Source: Veleropilina oligotropha (lineage: Eukaryota). Taken from it: 27,862 nucleotides of DNA. The notes under the pieces are model-generated. The model searched no databases. It was given only the letters and a program-made list of their open reading frames with translations, and was not told where the DNA came from. Below are positions 1-10,839 of this stretch, piece by piece. The stretch is taken from the NCBI GenBank assembly GCA_048128005.1, contig JBEUKZ010000101.1:248001-275862 (forward strand). Reading direction: 5' to 3'. The position numbers were made by a program, and so were the translations under genes. Positions within the stretch are counted from its first letter, which is position 1. Every line of letters starts with the position of its first letter.

Positions 1-34
1 CAAATAAAATACAATGTTGCCCTGTATGGCATTA

Positions 35-133
35 GGGTAAGGTAAGCAAGGTTCGTTAATCGTTGAAAATATAGAATTGAATTACGGTTAGGTAAGCAGG
101 GTTCGCTAATCGTTGAAAATATAGAATTGAATA
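35..133. repeat. ~51-bp tandem duplication
   Basis: ggtaagca(a/g)ggttcg(t/c)taatcgttgaaaatatagaattgaat occurs twice. Confidence 0.85.
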
Positions 134-296
134 TTGTTTTTATTCATAATATGAATGAAAACGTACTGGTAGCATTCGATGTAAAGGAGATGAAAAACCG
201 GATTTCCAAAGTTGAGTAAAAGCCGGAGCTGTGGGGAAGTACCAAAAAGCGCCTAAATATGTTTTTACGACCACTATTTTGGCAATTTTTCTTTAC

Positions 297-393
297 CTGG
301 GAAAGCCATGCCACTGGCCAGCTCAATGAGTTTGTGCACTTGTTGCGGAGACAATAGAATGTGCAATGCAGTTAACGTGAAATCGATATCCAA
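297..393 (-). CDS. ATG2: ATG2 coding exon 7 (gene continues beyond position 1)
   Basis: Acceptor ttgttttcag. Encodes LDIDFTLTALHILLSPQQVHKLIELASGMAFP (ATG2 LLLSPxQVH motif). Donor CAG/gtaaag; 97 nt. Confidence 0.92.
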
Positions 394-774
394 CTGAAAA
401 CAAAGCAAATATGTTTGATGATTGGATGTTTAGCCATACATTTTCTCAGATGTAACTAAGTCTATCAACATCGCATGATGACATTAAAGTGATGTTATTA
501 CCTAATGCTCTATGTACAAGGTTATTCGTCATTTCTAACTGTTTCCCTATTCGTAGCGTAGGGGTGTAATAGTTTTGACTGTTACACGGTCCACGAACTG
601 TTACATGCGCGATGCGAATGCGCCTTGAATTAGCCACGCCTTAACAATGACGTAAAAATGATGTTGTTTTGACTATGATGTAATCGGAGCTTCCCAAGAC
701 TATGTTGTAATTTTTCATTGCTTATTACAAAGTGGAGAGTGCATTAACGCATTTGTTATACATGTATTATCTTT

Positions 775-1005
775 GATTAGTTGAGTTGACAACTTTGTTT
801 TACGACCCGTTTGGCAATTTTTCAGCGTTAACGCAGTCGGGACACCCGGTTTAAGGTCTCACTCCGATCTGACTGACATACATTAGGGATATGCCATATT
901 AGTTTTAAGCCTTAGAATAAGCCAGGCCGGAGCGGGCTTGAACCCACATCCTACCGTCCCACAACGTTTTTCCAATGCTCTAACCAGTTGAGCTATCGAG
1001 GACGG
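775..1005 (-). mobile_element. tRNA-derived SINE
   Basis: Minus strand A box TAGCTCAACTGGTTAGAG and B box GGTTCAAGCCC, followed by a body and a short simple-repeat tail. Confidence 0.65.
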
Positions 1006-1257
1006 TATATCATTTATTTCATGGTGTTTTGGGAGCAGTCAAAACAGGTGTCCCTCAGTAGTGGGGAGGATCGAGAGAACTTTTACCCTCGGTAGTGGGG
1101 AGGATCGAGAGAACTGTTACCCTCGGTAGTGGGGAGGATCGAGAGAACTGTTGCCCTCGGTCTTCGGCCTCAGGCAACAGTTCTCTCGATCCTCCCCGCT
1201 ACCTCGTGACAACAAATTTGAATGTTCCCAAAACCCCATAAAATAATTGTATACCGT
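1002..1257. mobile_element. Palindromic (fold-back) MITE-like element with an internal 3x34-bp repeat
   Basis: Arms acggtata... / ...tataccgt are imperfect reverse complements, with a centre at ctcggtcttcggcctc. Confidence 0.65.
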
Positions 1258-1592
1258 GTGCAATTAAAACAGTAAAACACATTTGACAATGTTATCATCC
1301 ATCAAACTAACCCTTTAAAATAGGTATGACGTGACTCGTACTACTGACAGTATCCACACACGCGATAAACAATTGCTACATAGGGCAAATAAAAAGTAAT
1401 GATTAAATTTGGATAGCAGATTTTCACTAACAGCAGGCGGGTAATATTCTAGGCAATCCATATTTGAAATTTGGACATCAAATTCGGCAGCTGTTCACAG
1501 TAACGTCTAAAAATTGATCAGTAAAAAACCTAACTTCCATATAGCATGGCACAGAATTTTCCAGCAATTGAACGCTGATCGAGACCGCCTAC

Positions 1593-1787
1593 CTTGGGAC
1601 CTCCAACAGCGTCGTTCTGCTTGAGCTTCACTTTCACGTCCTGTCGTCCTGGCAAGACGGCAATTTTGATTGGCTTAGATTCACCAAACAGGTAAGCTGA
1701 CGACTTGGAGTCGCTGGACAGGGATTCTGTTACATCCTGGGAAGACTGCGACGCGAATGAGGAGGAGCATCCCAGGGAGTCCGTGTT
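1593..1787 (-). CDS. ATG2: ATG2 coding exon 6
   Basis: Acceptor ttactctgcag. Encodes NTDSLG...KPIKIAVLPGRQDVKVKLKQNDAVGGPK (ATG2 LKQNxxxxGPK motif). Donor AAG/gtaggc; 195 nt, phase 0 to 0. Confidence 0.9.
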
Positions 1788-2496
1788 CTGCAGAGTAACA
1801 AGAGAAGACCATTACCAATCGCAAGCCAGCCGTGAATGCATAAATGGAACTGATAATGTTTGAAGTAATTTCATTATTATTACAATGGCATTGAAACAAA
1901 TTTCTGCCTCATCGTCTTTAATTGATTGCATGACACACAAAATTCCCTGGTTGAGACCTTTCAAGTAAAGAATTTCAAGTCTGCACAGCAACTCCTCTTG
2001 CAATTCTCAAACAAAATGTTCAGGGGTTCATAACGGGCCACTTGCAAGGAGATCGATGGTCATAGCCTAGGCCCCAATGATATAGTCATATATATAATTT
2101 TTGTTTGGTAATTGTAACTATGCCGATAATGGGGATATGTCAGTTCACTTACATCATGCTATACAACCATTGTGACATAATTTTCATTATGGATATTCGA
2201 ACTTCATACATAACGAACAGCCCATGGGGCCACACGCCTAGCAGCAGAACTTAGAAGGTTATATAAAGCTAGTGGGCTCAATGTCTGGACTCAATGTACC
2301 CAGTGTCCGGAATAAATGAAAGGAGGTCGTAACAATTTTTGGTCTGGATCGATGCGTAAATCCCGTTTTAACAACGTTCCGGTTTATACCAGGACATTTT
2401 TATATTACAGAGGGTGGAAAGCATGGTCGCTCGAAGAAAGCCACCCACACCGGCGAATTATGGACAATGAACTCAACAAATCCGCTCGACTAATGA

Positions 2497-3200
2497 TCTG
2501 GTTTAATGTTAGATAGACCTCATCCCGGTAAACTCTATTGTCTGGTCTAATGTTAGATAGACCTCATCCTGGTAAACTCTATTGTCTGGTCTAATGTTAG
2601 ATAGACCTCATCCTGGTAAACTCTATTGTCTGGTCTAATGTTAGATAGACCTCATCCTGGTAAACTCTATTGTCTGGTCTAATGTTAAATAGACCTCATC
2701 CTGGTAAACTCTATTGTCTGGTCTAATGTTAGATAGACCTCATCCTGGTAAACTCTATTGTCTGGTCTAATGTTAAATATACCTCATCCTGGTAAACTCT
2801 ATTGTCTGGTCTAATTTTAGATAGACCTCATCCCGGTAAACTCTATTGTCTGGTCTAATGTTAAATAGACCTCATCCCGGTAAACTCTATTGTCTGGTCT
2901 AATGTTAGATAGACCTCATCCTGGTAAACTCTATTGTCTGGTCTAATGTTAGATAGACCTCATCCTGGTAAACTCTATTGTCTGGTCTAATGTTAGATAG
3001 ACCTCATGCTGGTAAACTCTATTGTCTGGTCTAATGTTAGATAGACCTCATCCTGGTAAACTCTATTGTCTGGTCTAATGTTAGATAGACCTCATCCCGG
3101 TAAACTCTATTGTCTGGTCTAATGTTAGATAGACCTCATCCCGGTAAACTCTATTGTCTGGTCTAATGTTAGATAGACCTCATACCGGTAAACTCTATTG
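2497..3200. repeat. 44-bp minisatellite, 16 units
   Basis: Unit tctggtctaatgttagatagacctcatcctggtaaactctattg. Confidence 0.97.
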
Positions 3201-3205
3201 TTTAC

Positions 3206-3395
3206 CTGCATGTTGTTCTCTCTGCTCGATTGTCGGTTTATCTTTGTGTACCGGGAGCACTCGTCCAAGTAGAGGTTCGCTCCCATGATGTGAATGTTTT
3301 TGTTTGCGATGGCGGCTGGTTCCCACGTGTTCGTCCTGTTGGGGTCGTCCACTGGGCTGCTCTGGTCGACGGCCATGTCATCGTAGTACTCAATC
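3206..3395 (-). CDS. ATG2: ATG2 coding exon 5
   Basis: Acceptor gctctttag. Encodes (R)IEYYDDMAVDQSS...EPAAIANKNIHIMGANLYLDE...NNMQ. Donor CAG/gtaaac; 190 nt, phase 2 to 0. Confidence 0.88.
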
Positions 3396-3406
3396 CTAAA
3401 GAGCAC

Positions 3407-3495
3407 AAGCATAGAAGTATGACAACCCATGCAGACCATACAAGATCGCACAAAGCATAGAAGTATGACAACCCATGCAGACCATACAAGATCGC
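3407..3495. repeat. 46-bp period tandem duplication next to the exon 5 acceptor
   Basis: aagcatagaagtatgacaacccatgcagaccatacaagatcgc occurs twice. Confidence 0.9.
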
Positions 3496-3750
3496 CTACC
3501 ACGATCTTTAAAAATACCGTGGGCTTAATTACCCAAACAATGAGATTTCCTCGAGTGGAGTCTAGCTCTTGGGATTAACAATGGACTGAAAAGGTGTGAA
3601 TGGAAGAGTCCACTGTTTTGATAAAAATGTGTACGGCCTGTTATCATGAACAATTTCATTTTTAAGGGGTTTCAGCTTGCTATTTAGGGCTTCAAGTCTA
3701 ATGGTCTTGGAGACCTATTGAAATTGTACGGATTATTATTATTATTATTA

Positions 3751-4009
3751 CTAGCTAATGGTACCCGTCTTCGCCGGGCAAGTCCCCCCACCCCATTTTT
3801 TTCTTTTTTTTTTTTTGGATAGTGCTCCCTTAAATGTTTTTTTTTTTCCCGAATTTTCCGAATTTTTTTCGTGGTAAACCTTCCTTGGGGGACCCCGATT
3901 AACCCCCCAAAGTTTGAAGGTCCTAGGTCAAAGCGTCTGGGAGGAGTTCAACTTGAAACAGACACACACACACACACACACATACAATTATAGCTCCATT
4001 ATATTAAGA
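3751..4009 (-). mobile_element. Short non-autonomous Helitron
   Basis: Minus strand reads A|TC...(GT)n...CCCGgcgaagaCGGG hairpin...CTAG|T, giving canonical 5'-TC and 3'-CTAG ends at an AT target. Confidence 0.8.
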
Positions 4010-4576
4010 TTTCACTTTCATAGGTGTTAACCTCTGATGGGGTGCTCGCTGGAAATCAGTTGTAAAATTGGGGGAGATTTTAAGTGGTTTTGTAGAAGCA
4101 TTTTGCTGGAGATTTGGCTATATTCGTATATTCAAATTTGATGAATACATTGGTATATATTACCTTGTTTCAGTAATATCTAGGCATAAAAGGAGCTAAA
4201 GTTGTCTTTCCTGGCCATGGCTCTCAACCGCAGAAGAAAAGTTTGTCACTGGCATTGAATGATAGCATTATATAAGGTGCCATAGTTGTCAACATTTGAT
4301 TTTGTCGTGAAAGTCATATTTTATCGCGACATAACGATACATGTCGCGGAATAAAATTGTTATTGTTTGTGTGTTCATGTGGCTATGTGTATTATGTATT
4401 GTAATTTGTATACATAATTAAATATGAAATAAATTATGTATGTTTATTATAGTTTTGTTATATTAATATTTATTATTATATTTTCACTCTAGGCCTCTAC
4501 AATTAATTTTATATTTATAAGACAGTGCGTTATAAATAATTACAGCAGACATGTTCACATATAAGAACAAATATAA

Positions 4577-7040
4577 TTAAAGCTGCAAGCAGCTGTGAGG
4601 GCTTCAAGTCCGAACCGTGGTGGCTGCAGTAGTTGCAATCGAACCCCATACTTGACATTCATGTCCAATGTGCTTTACCTATACCACTGATGTGAAAAAC
4701 TCGCCTGCAAGGTCAATATTTAACATATACGTCATATATAGGTCAAAAGGTCATCGGAAGTCAAAGGTCAAGGTCACATTTGAAAGATTGCCGATGACCT
4801 CATATAGGCTCCCTATGGTAACTAGTGTCTACAGTGCATAATTTGCGAGATATTGAATCAGAAGTTTAATGAATCAGTCCAAAATACCTTCACATTAAAT
4901 AGCATTACTGTAGCTGTAACAGTTTTAGAGGTATATCCATTTAATGAATTCAAAATGGCCGCCCAAATCATTTAGATCTCAAAGCGAGGCGCTTAAAACA
5001 ATTTTAAGAACCCATTTTTTACAGTATTTAAGTAGTTGATAGATGAAGCATTCTTCCAATTTTCAGAAAAATTCATCAGAGATATGGAGATATCTCGAGA
5101 ACTACGCTGGGTAGAAGCCTGAAATTTGCGGCATGCGATTCAGAGTCGTTATATGTATATAATAAAAAAAATTAAATTTAATTTTTTAAAGAAAATTAAA
5201 TTTAAAAAAAAAATTAATAATTTTTTTATTTTATTATTTCATGATGAACATATGGCCACTCTGAATCGAATGCCGCAAAGTTCAAATTTCTACACCGCTT
5301 AGTTCTCGAGATAAGGCCATTTGAATATTAATGCGGTGGCCATTTTGTTTTTTTCCAAAAAAATATTTGACCTAATTTAAAATATCTAAGCTCTAGGACC
5401 AGTCTTAACCTAGTTATCCCCTTTATGACCATTTTATATCGTCCAAATAGGCATTTTTCCTTAAATAGGTCACCTGAGGTCAAAGGTCAAAGTGGATTTG
5501 GAATACCCACCCATGACTTCCCATAGGCTCCCTATAGTAACCATGTCTCTAGCTACAATATTATTGAAGATATTAGCTGTTAAAGAATTTTGGAAATTCA
5601 ATCAAAGATGGCGGGTGACCTAATTAACCGATCTGGCCAAGATTGGTTTCTATAGCATATGCACCTAAATATGAAATATCGTTACTCTAGCTGCAACAGT
5701 TTTAGAGATATTGCCAAAATCACAAAATATATTTTTGCCATATCGAGATTCGAACCCAGGTCCTCTCGATTGAGCTCATTAAATTGACCTCAAAATAACA
5801 CCATCTAGTGACATGCTACACATAAGCATTTGTAAAAATGCATAAAATCACAAAAATATATTTTTGACATATCGTGATTCGAACTCGGGTCCTCCCAATT
5901 GGGAGTCTAGAACGCTACCACTGCTCCACGAGTGAGCTCATTAAATTGACCTCAAAATAACTACATATTGAAATCCTCTCTCAGGGGCACTAACTCCAAT
6001 AACTCCAATAATTGCAACCGAGCACTTCGCGATGATGCGCATTGTTTAACTCGCTCCAACTTTGGAAATACGTAACATAATTTCTTCAAATTTTCAGTAT
6101 ATGTAGTGTATTGGCATCTTACTTGATGGTGGAAATTTCGAATAGTTCGATAACTTGGTTAAAGAGATATTAAGAATGTCGCAAAGAGGCGACTTTACAA
6201 ACTTTGGATGGAAAAACAACGCTATGAAGTTGCTGGAACACCATACATATCAGCGATAAAGTTGTTCATATTGAGCTGCTCTATTAGTATGCCAAATTTG
6301 AGTAATGTGCTTCATGTATTATTGGAGTTAGTGCCCCTGAGAGAGGATTTCAAATGTAATCATTTTGAATTGTTGCAAACTTCACATTTCGAATATTTTA
6401 ATCATTTTTTTTACTCGTATTTACTTAATAACATCAATGTTGCATATTTACAAGAAAAAAAAGTGAATTTTGTTCGATTTGACGAAAATAGGTTTTTACC
6501 AAATTCATTGTTAAAGACCGCCATTAACGGGAATATCTCAAAACGAGGCACTTAAAACGATATTTCAGAATCCATCTATTAACAGACTTTAAGTAGATGA
6601 TAGGCAAAGCATTCTACCAAGTTTCAGAAAAATTCTTAAAAAAGTTTTTGAGCAATGGCCGCAAACGCAAATTCCAAGATGGCGGCTGACCTAATTGCAA
6701 AAGTTATGACTTGGCTTCACAGCGATGACCAGTATATACCTATTAACTTACATATTGAAGTTCATTGCTCTAGCTGAAGTCTTAACAAAGTTATTAGCAA
6801 AATGGCGTTTTTTAAATATTTGCATAAAACAAGATGGCCGCCAAACCGGTGGCGCCACCAAACTGAAAATTTTGTAAGCACTACTTCAATACGGTAGGTA
6901 CATATATGCTAAGTTTCAAGTTCATGCCTTTTATAGTTTTTGAGATTTCGGACCTACAAAATACGGACAAATTATAATAATAAAAAAAAAAGGTTTAGCA
7001 ATAACAATAGGTCTTCAAGCCTGAATCTTGAAGCCCTAAT
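4577..7040 (-). mobile_element. Second HINE-like element with the same subTIR, opposite orientation
   Basis: Hairpin AGCTGCAAGCAGCT (4581-4594), subTIRs at 4598-4608 and 7027-7037, IR ggtcttcaag near 7010, T-rich ends. Confidence 0.75.
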
Positions 7041-8043
7041 TAACAGACTTAATTATGGTCTCCAGTGTTTATAAATAAAATCCTATAAATGGTGAACAAT
7101 TGACGCCTTTTACGTTTTGCTCATTTGTCCAATAATCACTATACCGCTAAAGGCCTATTATAAATTTATCGTATGGCTACATGTCATTCTCGATATTACA
7201 GGCTGAACAATAATGATGAAATTATCGTTCATAAAATCGGGTCGAATTCCGCTGTGCTAAATTATCTTTATATTGAGACATGTCTATTACTTCCGTGGTG
7301 AATGATAAGATTTATTCATAAACATAAATTCCGTAATATAAATATTGATTTTCCTGAATTTTTTGTTTTGCGGGTCATTCGAAGCATGTTGCGGGTGTGC
7401 GGGTCATGGCTCAAAAATGCAGGTCTGACCCGCATGATATAAGGGAGGTTAACACATATGCACTTTCTTCCTGCCAGCTGTAACTCAAAAACGACAATAA
7501 CAAGACGTTTCAAACTTTCACATAACGTTGGTCCTTGAGCAAAGTAGGTCGGCGCAATAATTTGACTTCGTAGTTCACAGTATTCGGCCGCCATCATGAA
7601 TATATTAAAAAAAAATTTAAATCCTTCTCAAAAACCGTCAATGACAGCCAGGCAAGACTTTCTAGAGGTGATTTACGTATTAAGGCGATGTTAAATTGCT
7701 AACGAATAATAGATAATAAAAGGAGGCCTCTGCAGGCATCTGAATATTGTATTAACATGGGTTTTTTTTACACTTTTTATATTGATTATAGGTCTTATTA
7801 TGTTTTAACTATTTTATTTAACTTTCGCTTAGGTGTGGGTGCCTACGCTAAGTTATGTTTGCTGCAAAGAGATCGTTGATGCGTCTTGTGGTTACGCCAC
7901 AATCTTGTGCTATGCTACTGTGATGTATGGACTCAACAGCTCTCGACAGGCAATGTTTTAACGGAACGTTTTCAAATTTGGTATGTGCATTGGTTGGGGC
8001 GAGGAAATGAGGTTTTAATTTAAACCTAATATTAGTTAAAACA

Positions 8044-8244
8044 TACTTACGTCCTTACTCTTGCCATAATAGTCATATTATCGCTAACCGGAAACAGTGA
8101 ATAAAGTCACATTTATGCACTAAATAAGTCAAAAACAACCACGACCACCTTCCCTGCTTCCCCTCTCTAAGTTCCTCCAGCGAGATCTCGCCAAGTCTCG
8201 CGAGACATCCGGGCTATCAAGTCACCAGACATCAATTCAAAGTT
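8044..8244. repeat. DIRS 3' inverted terminal repeat (201 bp); unique terminal extension 8008-8043
   Basis: Exact reverse complement of 15215-15415 by manual comparison. Confidence 0.95.
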
Positions 8245-8302
8245 CAGAACCCCAAAGGAACTTAGTAGAGGGGAGGAATGCGAAGCAGGGTGGGTAATCG
8301 TG

Positions 8303-8392
8303 GTAAGGACGTAAGTATTTTTTAACTAATATTAGGTTTAAATTAAAACCTCATATGTAGTTACAAACTTACTTACGTCCTTACTCTTGCCA
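8303..8392. other. DIRS internal complementary region (ICR)
   Basis: 8303-8353 is the reverse complement of 8008-8058 (1 mismatch). 8354-8392 is the reverse complement of 15393-15431. Confidence 0.95.
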
Positions 8393-8847
8393 GAATAACC
8401 TTGGATAGGTGGGTAAGAAGTTCCTTACAGTAAACCCAAACAAGATAATGACTTACTTTTCACCATGTCAATCAGCTCGAAGCGTCGATTGTGTCCGCCC
8501 AGAGTGGAATTTGCTGAGAATTATATTCAACTCTTACCAAGCGAGAATTTCGACCAGTGTTACCGGGAGAATACGCCGTGGTGTTAGTCGGACGAGGTGA
8601 ACGGAAGTGCAATCAGCCCCAGGCACGGCCGGAAGGATGAATCCCTGTAGGTCTTACGTGTCATGGGCCAGTGGCAGCCAAATGGTACTCCTGGCCAAAG
8701 GCCGGTAGCCAGAGGATGCAGTCGGATTTGTAAGCACACGGAACCTAATAGGTTGTGAAAGCGTGAAATCAAAGCAAAGAATTAATAGATTAAATAAATA
8801 ATCGATATTAATAATTGATTCGCATGACCAACTGCGAAACGCTAACA

Positions 8848-8932
8848 TGTACGACATGTCACTTAAAATAAATTTTTAAGGAAGCCAATATGTACGACAT
8901 GTTACTTAAAATAAAATTTAAGGAAGCAAATA
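8848..8932. repeat. ~42-bp tandem duplication in the DIRS 3' non-coding region
   Basis: atgtacgacatgt(c/t)acttaaaataaa..ttaaggaagc(c/a)aatat occurs twice. Confidence 0.85.
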
Positions 8933-9225
8933 TTAAATTTTTTCAAATGTCTTGAACATCGTATGTTCTATACAGCATAGAACATCAATAATATTGAACC
9001 TCAAATCAAAATAAGATTTTGCAATATGATTGTTTATTAATTCAATGTAATCTGGCGTGTCAATATACTCAGGTATGACATGAAAGTATCAAGATCTTAA
9101 AATGTTTTTAAGAAATGAACAGACATTGAATTGCCTCGTATGTGTTCATTTCATAGAACAACTAGGCCAACAAATAACAATGCGACAGCAAGAATTATGT
9201 AAATTGATCAATCAACAAATAATAC

Positions 9226-10839
9226 TCACTGATTAGACGACCTCGGTCGAACAATACAACGTTGAGCAGCCACACACTGTAGGGTGCTCAACCCGTCAGC
9301 CCCGGTTGAATAGTCCCGCAGATAATACTTAACAAAGACATTGGCAGTCTTCCAGTAACCCGCTTGAAGCAACGCTGTAATATTTAAATTATGTCGGAAG
9401 GCAATGGACGCAGCGATTGCACGGACCTCGTGCGCGCGCACGGATAAAATAGTGCGGTCTACTTCTTCACAGCGAGAGTACACATCTCTCACCACCTGTG
9501 AAATCCACCGCGAAACAGTAGTCTTTGTAATGTCATGGGTGAAGGAAGGTAAATACGAAATGAATAAACGCAATTTTCCTTGTCGTAGATCACGGGTTCT
9601 GTCGAGGTAGAAGCGCAGGGCCCGTACGGAGCAATTTAACCGGTCTTCATCATGCCTTCCGACCAGCGTAAGCTTGGGAATAATAATATCAGGTGCGTCC
9701 TCGTTCGGCCGTTGGTTCTTGGCGAGGAAGCCCAGAACAGGACGCAGCATCACCGACCCGTCTGACTGGAATCTAATATCACGGAGCTCGGCGGATAAGC
9801 TATGAATCTCGGAACAACGCCTGCCCGACGCTAAGGCGATCAGAAAAACTGTTTTGTGCGTTAAGTTCTTCATAGACACCGTGGACATCGGCTCGTACGG
9901 GGGTAAGTGTAGAGCGTTAAGAATTAGAACAATATTCCAGGCAGGTGGCCGAATGGTTCGGGTCGGCATCTCGAGTTCGTAGGATCGAATAAAATCTGAA
10001 ATCGTACGGTCGTTAGAGAGGCCAGCATGGGCACGACACTGTTTTAACGTGGTCGCGATCGTTGCCCGATAGCCTTTGACGGCGGACACTGACATACCGC
10101 GGTCGAAGAGCGACGATAAAAACTCGATAAACTTGTTCACAGGGGGACGGAGTATATTGACCTGCCTGCTGTGACACCAATCCACGTACTTAACCCATCG
10201 GTAGTCATAAACTGTTGTCGTGGAAAGCCTTCTCGATCGATAGACGCGTAGGGCTGTAGCTTTAGAAAATCCTTTCTTAGCAAGGGATCGTTCGATAACC
10301 GCCAGGCGTGTAAACGCAAGTCGTTCGGCGATTCGTGGAGTACACGGGTGCGCGGCTGCATTAACAGGTCCAGTTTCTGCGGTAGCGCTAACGGTCGATC
10401 GACGATCAGATCGAGGAGGGTCGGAAACCAAGGTTGCATGCGATACAGGGGCGCTATTAGCGTTATCTCGCAACGTTCGGTCGATGCCTTCTGTAATACC
10501 AGTGATAGAATGCACGACGGGGGGAAGGCATACGCGGACAGATTCTCCCATGTCATTGACAGTGCGTCGACCGCTAGGGCGGCCGGGTCCGGGTACGGGG
10601 AGACATACAGAGGTAGTCGGTAATTGAATTCTGTTGCAAACAGATCGACTTGGGGTTGCGACCACCGGCGGCAAACATCCCGAGCTACTCGGCTGTGTAG
10701 CGTCCACTCTGTGTGTATAATCTGTGATCTCCGAGAGAGCGAATCCGCTCTGACATTCAGCTTTCCCGGGATGTGTCGGGCTCGAATCGTCGAGTTGAGG
10801 GACATCACTAGGCGGTGTAGGTCTATTGCTCGGTCGCAA
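9226..10839 (-). CDS. DIRS tyrosine recombinase (C-terminal part of ORF3; true start unresolved)
   Basis: Catalytic pattern R (SGRRCSEI), K (LAKNQ), HxxR (HEVR), W (AGYW), Y (FVKYY), preceded by an integrase N-terminal-like region. Confidence 0.92.
   Translation of the reverse strand: MRPSNRPTPPSDVPQLDDSSPTHPGKAECQSGFALSEITDYTHRVDATQPSSSGCLPPVVATPSRSVCNRIQLPTTSVCLPVPGPGRPSGRRTVNDMGESVRVCLPPVVHSITGITEGIDRTLRDNANSAPVSHATLVSDPPRSDRRSTVSATAETGPVNAAAHPCTPRIAERLAFTRLAVIERSLAKKGFSKATALRVYRSRRLSTTTVYDYRWVKYVDWCHSRQVNILRPPVNKFIEFLSSLFDRGMSVSAVKGYRATIATTLKQCRAHAGLSNDRTISDFIRSYELEMPTRTIRPPAWNIVLILNALHLPPYEPMSTVSMKNLTHKTVFLIALASGRRCSEIHSLSAELRDIRFQSDGSVMLRPVLGFLAKNQRPNEDAPDIIIPKLTLVGRHDEDRLNCSVRALRFYLDRTRDLRQGKLRLFISYLPSFTHDITKTTVSRWISQVVRDVYSRCEEVDRTILSVRAHEVRAIAASIAFRHNLNITALLQAGYWKTANVFVKYYLRDYSTGADGLSTLQCVAAQRCIVRPRSSNQ

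Noticed and set aside
6208..7597. ORFs 6208-6555 and 7316-7597
   Set aside because: They lie inside non-autonomous repeats and have no recognisable domain or splice support.
8440..8760. Hammerhead or other ribozyme in the DIRS 3' region (minus strand CTGATTGA..GAAA)
   Set aside because: The core deviates from CUGANGA and I could not form the required stems. A covariance-model search would be needed.
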